Shown piece after piece: positions 8,386 through 12,046 of a stretch of DNA of 12,046 nucleotides (its first letter is position 1; the number at the start of each line of letters is the position of its first letter). The stretch comes from Bdellovibrionota bacterium. GTDB lineage: Bacteria > Bdellovibrionota_C > UBA2361 > JBIKWN01. The notes beneath the pieces were generated by a model. It worked only from the letters and a program-made list of their open reading frames with translations. It was not told where the DNA came from and ran no database searches. The stretch is from positions 1 to 12,046 of the forward strand of contig JBIKWN010000071.1 in the NCBI GenBank assembly GCA_044356295.1. Reading direction: 5' to 3'. The position numbers and the translations under genes were made by a program.

Positions 8386-8482
8386 TTGGTACAGGGTAAC
8401 TTTCAATATGATTTAAACTACTGAAGATATTTATAATCCGAGTTACCTTGTACCAATTATTTCTCTTGTACCAATTATTTCT
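8386..8482. repeat. 16-bp inverted repeat pair plus an 18-bp tandem duplication
   Basis: ttggtacagggtaact (8386-8401) and agttaccttgtaccaa (8441-8456) are 15/16 complementary around a 39-nt AT-rich spacer. cttgtaccaattatttct occurs twice in tandem (8447-8464, 8465-8482). Confidence 0.9.
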
Positions 8483-8500
8483 CCGTGAATGTGCCTAACT

Positions 8501-11254
8501 TCATTCGTTAGTTTTCGGCCTACGGCTTGAAATTCTTTCTGACTGTTCTTGTGCCTGTTGACGATCTTGCTTAATTGCACCAATTAATCCAGCGGTTGTG
8601 ACCAAGAGTAAAAATAGGGCGCCACCAGCAACGACTTCTGGTGCAATAGGACGCTTACCTTCAACCCCACTTAACGGATGATTATTTATTTTCCTTTGAG
8701 TTTGCTCGAAAGTTTGAAGATTCTTATAATATTTTTTAAACTCATTTTGAATAATCGAATCCAGCTTGGCTGTATTTACGTGACCACCAGAAGATTGATC
8801 TTTTAGGAAGTCCAGCATTTCCTTTGACACGCTTTGCTTGAGTTCTGGGTGTGCTTTTAAAACTTCTCTAAATCGTGAAACATGATCTTTTATTGAATAA
8901 TGTTGATCTTTACGTGTGCGAAGCGCAGAAACTATCTGGGATGCAATATCAGCGCCAAATTCAATGTTTAGTGCATCAGCTAATGGCTTGACAGTCTGCG
9001 TGCTGTAGCAATCCATTAATGCTTTACTTCCAACTTTAGATTCTAAAATATCCGCGATAACTCTATATGCAGGATAGCCTTCGGGAACCCAATGCGCCGC
9101 GGATGCTCCAAGTCTTTCTGTAAGCGCTTCATTTAGACCGCTGTAGGAAAGAATTGATTCCTTAGACGGTACTCCCAATAATTCCCCTGCGTAAAACTGT
9201 GCAGAATGAATTAGCTCATGACTTAGCGTATGGTTCAATAGATACCCTTCACGTACGAATACACTTTTGGTCACGGGGTTTGCAAATCCTGCAAATGGTG
9301 TACCAATCGTTACTTTTGTATCATCAGCAAGGATATAAATCTGTGTCTCACGTAGTTTATTAGCAACTTTCATCCCAAATTCTTTACCATGGAGCCTTCC
9401 AAAAATATCCGCAACAGCAGATTTTACTTGCGCGCGTTGCCACACCATTTCGGATAGGATATGTGGTTCAATGGAAAGTCCGTGTTCTACATTAATAGTT
9501 GTAAACAAAACTCCATCTCTTCTTAGTTCGTATCTATCAAAGCGAATGGTATCTATGTGTAAACAATAAGTAGAAACACCGTCATATTTCATTTCCAGTT
9601 GTTTTAAAAATTCCATTTTTCTTGAAGATGGAATTACTTCGCTGTTCTGTAGACGTATCTCTAGGTCGGTTTTATGTTTTGGGGTGATTATTGATGAAGA
9701 TTTTTGAGGTTGGCTGGCAGCAAAGGGAGCTTGGCTATTAAGAATAGTTTCAAATTCTTTAACAGAATGCGCTTGGAATGCTTGACCAGCGATCTTGAAA
9801 TGTAAAATTCCGTTAGGACTAGTTTTTATAATCTCAATAGCGGCAGAGGTATTCTTTAACCCACGTACGACAATTCCTGCCGCATTCTTAAAGGTAAATG
9901 CCTTACCTGCAGCTAGTGCCAATAGATTTAGGGAACGCTCAAAGCGGTCCGCACTGGACACACTAGGATCTCGATCCAGAACATTAATTGCTTTTGCAAA
10001 ATCAATTATTGTTGATGGTGATTCTTTCCATACATCTTTCAAATATCTACTTATGTCGCTACTTGCCAGTTGATTCTGCTTTGCTAGTAGGGCAGGAAGA
10101 GTAATCGATCCAGAAACGAATCGAAGTGCCGCATACGCAAATGGAGCATCTGCTGCTGAAACACCAGTTAGCTTACCAAATAGATCAACGGGTATTGAAG
10201 CGATGCCAGCGATGTTTCTGTCCGCTTGAAAGGCTTTTCGAAATTGTTGGAGCTCGGGACCCGAGAGCTTTTTACCTTTTTCAAATTCATGATAAGCAAG
10301 TGCTGCTTTGAAGAACTTTTCTTCTTTTAGATATGCATCTTTTCTGCTTTTAGAAAGAAATTCTTTTTCCTTAAATGGATTTAGTTCGTTTATTTCGTGC
10401 TCTTCTCGTTGAGCTGTAGTTAGTCTTCCATCAAAATTAGTCACTAAGGTTAACTCACTCACCTGTCGCGTTGCCTCGCTCAGTTCAATAGGCTTTCCGT
10501 CATTTGATTTTACGACCTGTTGGTGTAAATCCAATGCTTTAAGAAATGATTCATACGAAAATGCAAGTTCTTTAGGCCAGTGCTTTTCCCATCTAGAAAG
10601 CAAAGGATCGACACTTTGGTGATGTTTTCCAAGTGCTACAAATTCTAGTTCGCGTTTATTAATCGTAAGTTGCCCTGATCGATCTTTGCTTTCGTCTAGT
10701 AGGGCAATTTTTAAGAATCCATTCATCGAGATCTTTACCCATTTTTCTGGGTTGTTACGGTTCATGAGGTTCCAGGAACTAGCAGCTTTTTGTAGTTCCG
10801 CAATTGTTATGCCCCCCTCAGTAAGAATACTTTTTGCGTTGCTTAGAAGAAACTTTTGAAAAGGCTTGGATTTTTCAAAAGCAAGTTCTTCATCTGTTAG
10901 ACCAAGCGCTTTGAATATTTCGTCTCTGTTGATTGCAACGGCATTTCCCTCGACGCTTGCAAGTTTTTCAAAGCTGTTGATGTTAAAGTAAACCTTGTTG
11001 CCTGGGTGCTGAAGATTAAACTGGGCTATTAGATTTTTGATCTCAACTACATCTATCCCTCCGCCTGATAGCAACTGTGTGCCTTCAGAAAACATGTGTC
11101 TTAAAAACATAGTTGATAAAGAGAACTCAACTGGGGTAGAGCGAACAGTCGTCCGTTCACTTTCTTTTGATATGCCAGGCAGCTTTCCTGCCTTGCTTTC
11201 ATTAGTTTCAGTACTGTGCGACTTATTTGGGTCATTGGATATAGGTTGGTCCAT
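8501..11254 (-). CDS. Large hypothetical protein with a zincin/gluzincin-type metallopeptidase domain and a C-terminal TM helix
   Basis: 917-aa ATG ORF with aagg upstream. HELIH (aa 679-683, nt 9206-9220) followed by GLNEALTE (N708-E713, nt 9116-9133). Hydrophobic VVAGGALFLLLVTTAGLIGAI near the C-terminus. Two ~70-aa repeats near the N-terminus. Confidence 0.8.
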   Translation of the reverse strand: MDQPISNDPNKSHSTETNESKAGKLPGISKESERTTVRSTPVEFSLSTMFLRHMFSEGTQLLSGGGIDVVEIKNLIAQFNLQHPGNKVYFNINSFEKLASVEGNAVAINRDEIFKALGLTDEELAFEKSKPFQKFLLSNAKSILTEGGITIAELQKAASSWNLMNRNNPEKWVKISMNGFLKIALLDESKDRSGQLTINKRELEFVALGKHHQSVDPLLSRWEKHWPKELAFSYESFLKALDLHQQVVKSNDGKPIELSEATRQVSELTLVTNFDGRLTTAQREEHEINELNPFKEKEFLSKSRKDAYLKEEKFFKAALAYHEFEKGKKLSGPELQQFRKAFQADRNIAGIASIPVDLFGKLTGVSAADAPFAYAALRFVSGSITLPALLAKQNQLASSDISRYLKDVWKESPSTIIDFAKAINVLDRDPSVSSADRFERSLNLLALAAGKAFTFKNAAGIVVRGLKNTSAAIEIIKTSPNGILHFKIAGQAFQAHSVKEFETILNSQAPFAASQPQKSSSIITPKHKTDLEIRLQNSEVIPSSRKMEFLKQLEMKYDGVSTYCLHIDTIRFDRYELRRDGVLFTTINVEHGLSIEPHILSEMVWQRAQVKSAVADIFGRLHGKEFGMKVANKLRETQIYILADDTKVTIGTPFAGFANPVTKSVFVREGYLLNHTLSHELIHSAQFYAGELLGVPSKESILSYSGLNEALTERLGASAAHWVPEGYPAYRVIADILESKVGSKALMDCYSTQTVKPLADALNIEFGADIASQIVSALRTRKDQHYSIKDHVSRFREVLKAHPELKQSVSKEMLDFLKDQSSGGHVNTAKLDSIIQNEFKKYYKNLQTFEQTQRKINNHPLSGVEGKRPIAPEVVAGGALFLLLVTTAGLIGAIKQDRQQAQEQSERISSRRPKTNE

Positions 11255-11269
11255 GGCTTACATAAACCT

Positions 11270-11449
11270 TCATAATTTAAGGATCGATACAGTTTTGTTA
11301 CTTTCTGTAAGGACTAATTTATGTGTAAACAGAATGTTAGATCTCGTAAAATCTATTAGAAGCTGGCTAGTAGGGTGGCTCACGCCTATTCCACCTATGG
11401 ATTGCGGTATTGAACGAGTTTCTTTTTCAATTGAAAAACCACCACCCAT
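11270..11449 (-). CDS. Putative 59-aa small protein upstream of the metallopeptidase gene
   Basis: ATG at 11449 preceded by GGAGG (11455-11459) at 5-nt spacing. MGGGFSIEKETRSIPQSIGGIGVSHPTSQLLIDFTRSNILFTHKLVLTESNKTVSILKL*. Stops 15 nt before the 917-aa start. No recognisable family. Confidence 0.4.
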   Translation of the reverse strand: MGGGFSIEKETRSIPQSIGGIGVSHPTSQLLIDFTRSNILFTHKLVLTESNKTVSILKL

Positions 11450-11666
11450 ATAAACCTCCCCAAAAGAACAAAACTATAAAACGAAAAAATATCTGATTAA
11501 TATATTTCGGTTGGAATTAGCCAAACATTACACTTATCGACTAAATATGGCATTTTGGTTCTAGGTGAATTTGTTATTTCACTTTGAAGACTTACCACAT
11601 ATTTCTTCGATGACGTTGTGTGGATAATTCAAGGCAAGCATAAACTCAGAAATCATTGAAAGAAAA

Positions 11667-11747
11667 AAGGGATAGGAAAATCAAAGCTCTTTCTGTAAGT
11701 AGTTGATAGAATGAGCTATTCATCAAGACTTTATGAGTGAGTGGTAT
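11667..11747 (-). mobile_element. IS91/ISCR-family oriIS-like end, copy 3 (81 bp shared; probably in its native context)
   Basis: Same block as 5658-5738, lying about 135 nt downstream of the stop codon of a transposase C-terminus on the minus strand, which is the normal tnp-to-oriIS arrangement in IS91/ISCR elements. Confidence 0.82.
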
Positions 11748-11881
11748 TTTTAGTTCAATCTGTTTGAAGAAAGACTGAAATCTGCAGATAAACACACCAC
11801 AAGTGCATGGGGTTAGGGCAGATCCAGAGTGTATTTTTGGTTTTGGTTCCTTGGATAGAGAGATCCATCAGTGCATTTTAG

Positions 11882-12016
11882 TTACACATCATAGTCTGGG
11901 ATTTCATCGAAGAAGATCTCATTTTTGACAGGGGGATCTGGAATAGGAGGAGCGGTGTAATTTGGAATTCCCAGAGAATGCATGATTTTCTTAATCTCTG
12001 GAGCATCGTGTAGAAA
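11882..12016 (-). pseudogene. C-terminal fragment of an IS91/ISCR-family transposase
   Basis: Minus-strand frame open from the window edge: VHDLFALPSL-FLHDAPEIKKIMHSLGIPNYTAPPIPDPPVKNEIFFDEIPDYDV*. F..D...I.KI...LG.P...PP resembles the IS91/ISCR tail. The CPxCG..M.II motif expected just before it is not present in any frame of 12017-12046, so it is probably truncated near 12017. Confidence 0.65.
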
Positions 12017-12046
12017 AAGGGAGGGTAATGCAAAAAGATCATGCAC

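Noticed and set aside
8493..8499. GCCTAAC (attC-like core) next to the stop of the 917-aa gene
   Set aside because: Wrong orientation for a cassette on the minus strand, and no matching partner core or L boxes forming an attC hairpin.
9113..11313. 12-13 nt matches to the ori interior (tctttctgtaag at 9113-9124, ctttctgtaagga at 11301-11313)
   Set aside because: Both lack the GGATAGGAAAATC tip and fall on Leu-Thr-Glu codons of minus-strand ORFs; treated as coincidence.
5646..11388. 11-bp inverted match taggcgtgagc (5646-5656) / gctcacgccta (11378-11388) as terminal inverted repeats
   Set aside because: 11-bp matches are expected by chance in a window this size, and the second copy is not at a module boundary.
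6728..11453. Track ORFs 6728..6958, 9795..10073, 10126..10311, 11037..11453
   Set aside because: Antisense shadows of the 738-aa, 917-aa and 59-aa ORFs, with no motifs supporting them.
11619..11627. Perfect DnaA box (TGTGGATAA)
   Set aside because: A single 9-mer with no cluster of boxes or unwinding element; compatible with chance in 12 kb of AT-rich DNA.
5658..11747. The three repeats as a CRISPR array or as integron attC sites
   Set aside because: Spacing is kilobases, there are no cas or intI genes, and the repeat lacks paired RYYYAAC/GTTRRRY cores. The TTCCTAT end and adjacent transposase fragments fit IS91/ISCR oriIS better.

Overview
Bacterial chromosomal window with two parts. Left (1-5594) is ordinary: the 3' end of glmS, a probable outer-membrane beta-barrel gene, a small secreted Cys-containing protein on the minus strand, and the start of the division/cell-wall (dcw) cluster (mraZ-rsmH-ftsL-ftsI) with MraZ-type operator repeats. 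Right (about 5660-12046), where murE would usually follow ftsI, is an accessory region punctuated by three same-orientation copies of a 62-81 bp sequence (5658, 8314, 11667). Its minus strand ends ...GCTTTGATTTTCCTATCC|CTTN, resembling the oriIS of IS91/ISCR rolling-circle transposons. Two different fragments of an IS91/ISCR-like transposase, both missed by the ORF track, lie next to ori copies 1 and 3 in the expected orientation. Each interval between ori copies holds one large orphan gene: a 738-aa protein with a DUF2325-like C-terminus, and a 917-aa HExxH metallopeptidase-like protein with N-terminal repeats and a C-terminal membrane anchor. Best interpretation (inference): a head-to-tail array of non-autonomous IS91/ISCR-type gene-capture modules inserted downstream of ftsI. 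All family assignments come from motif recognition by eye, not database searches.
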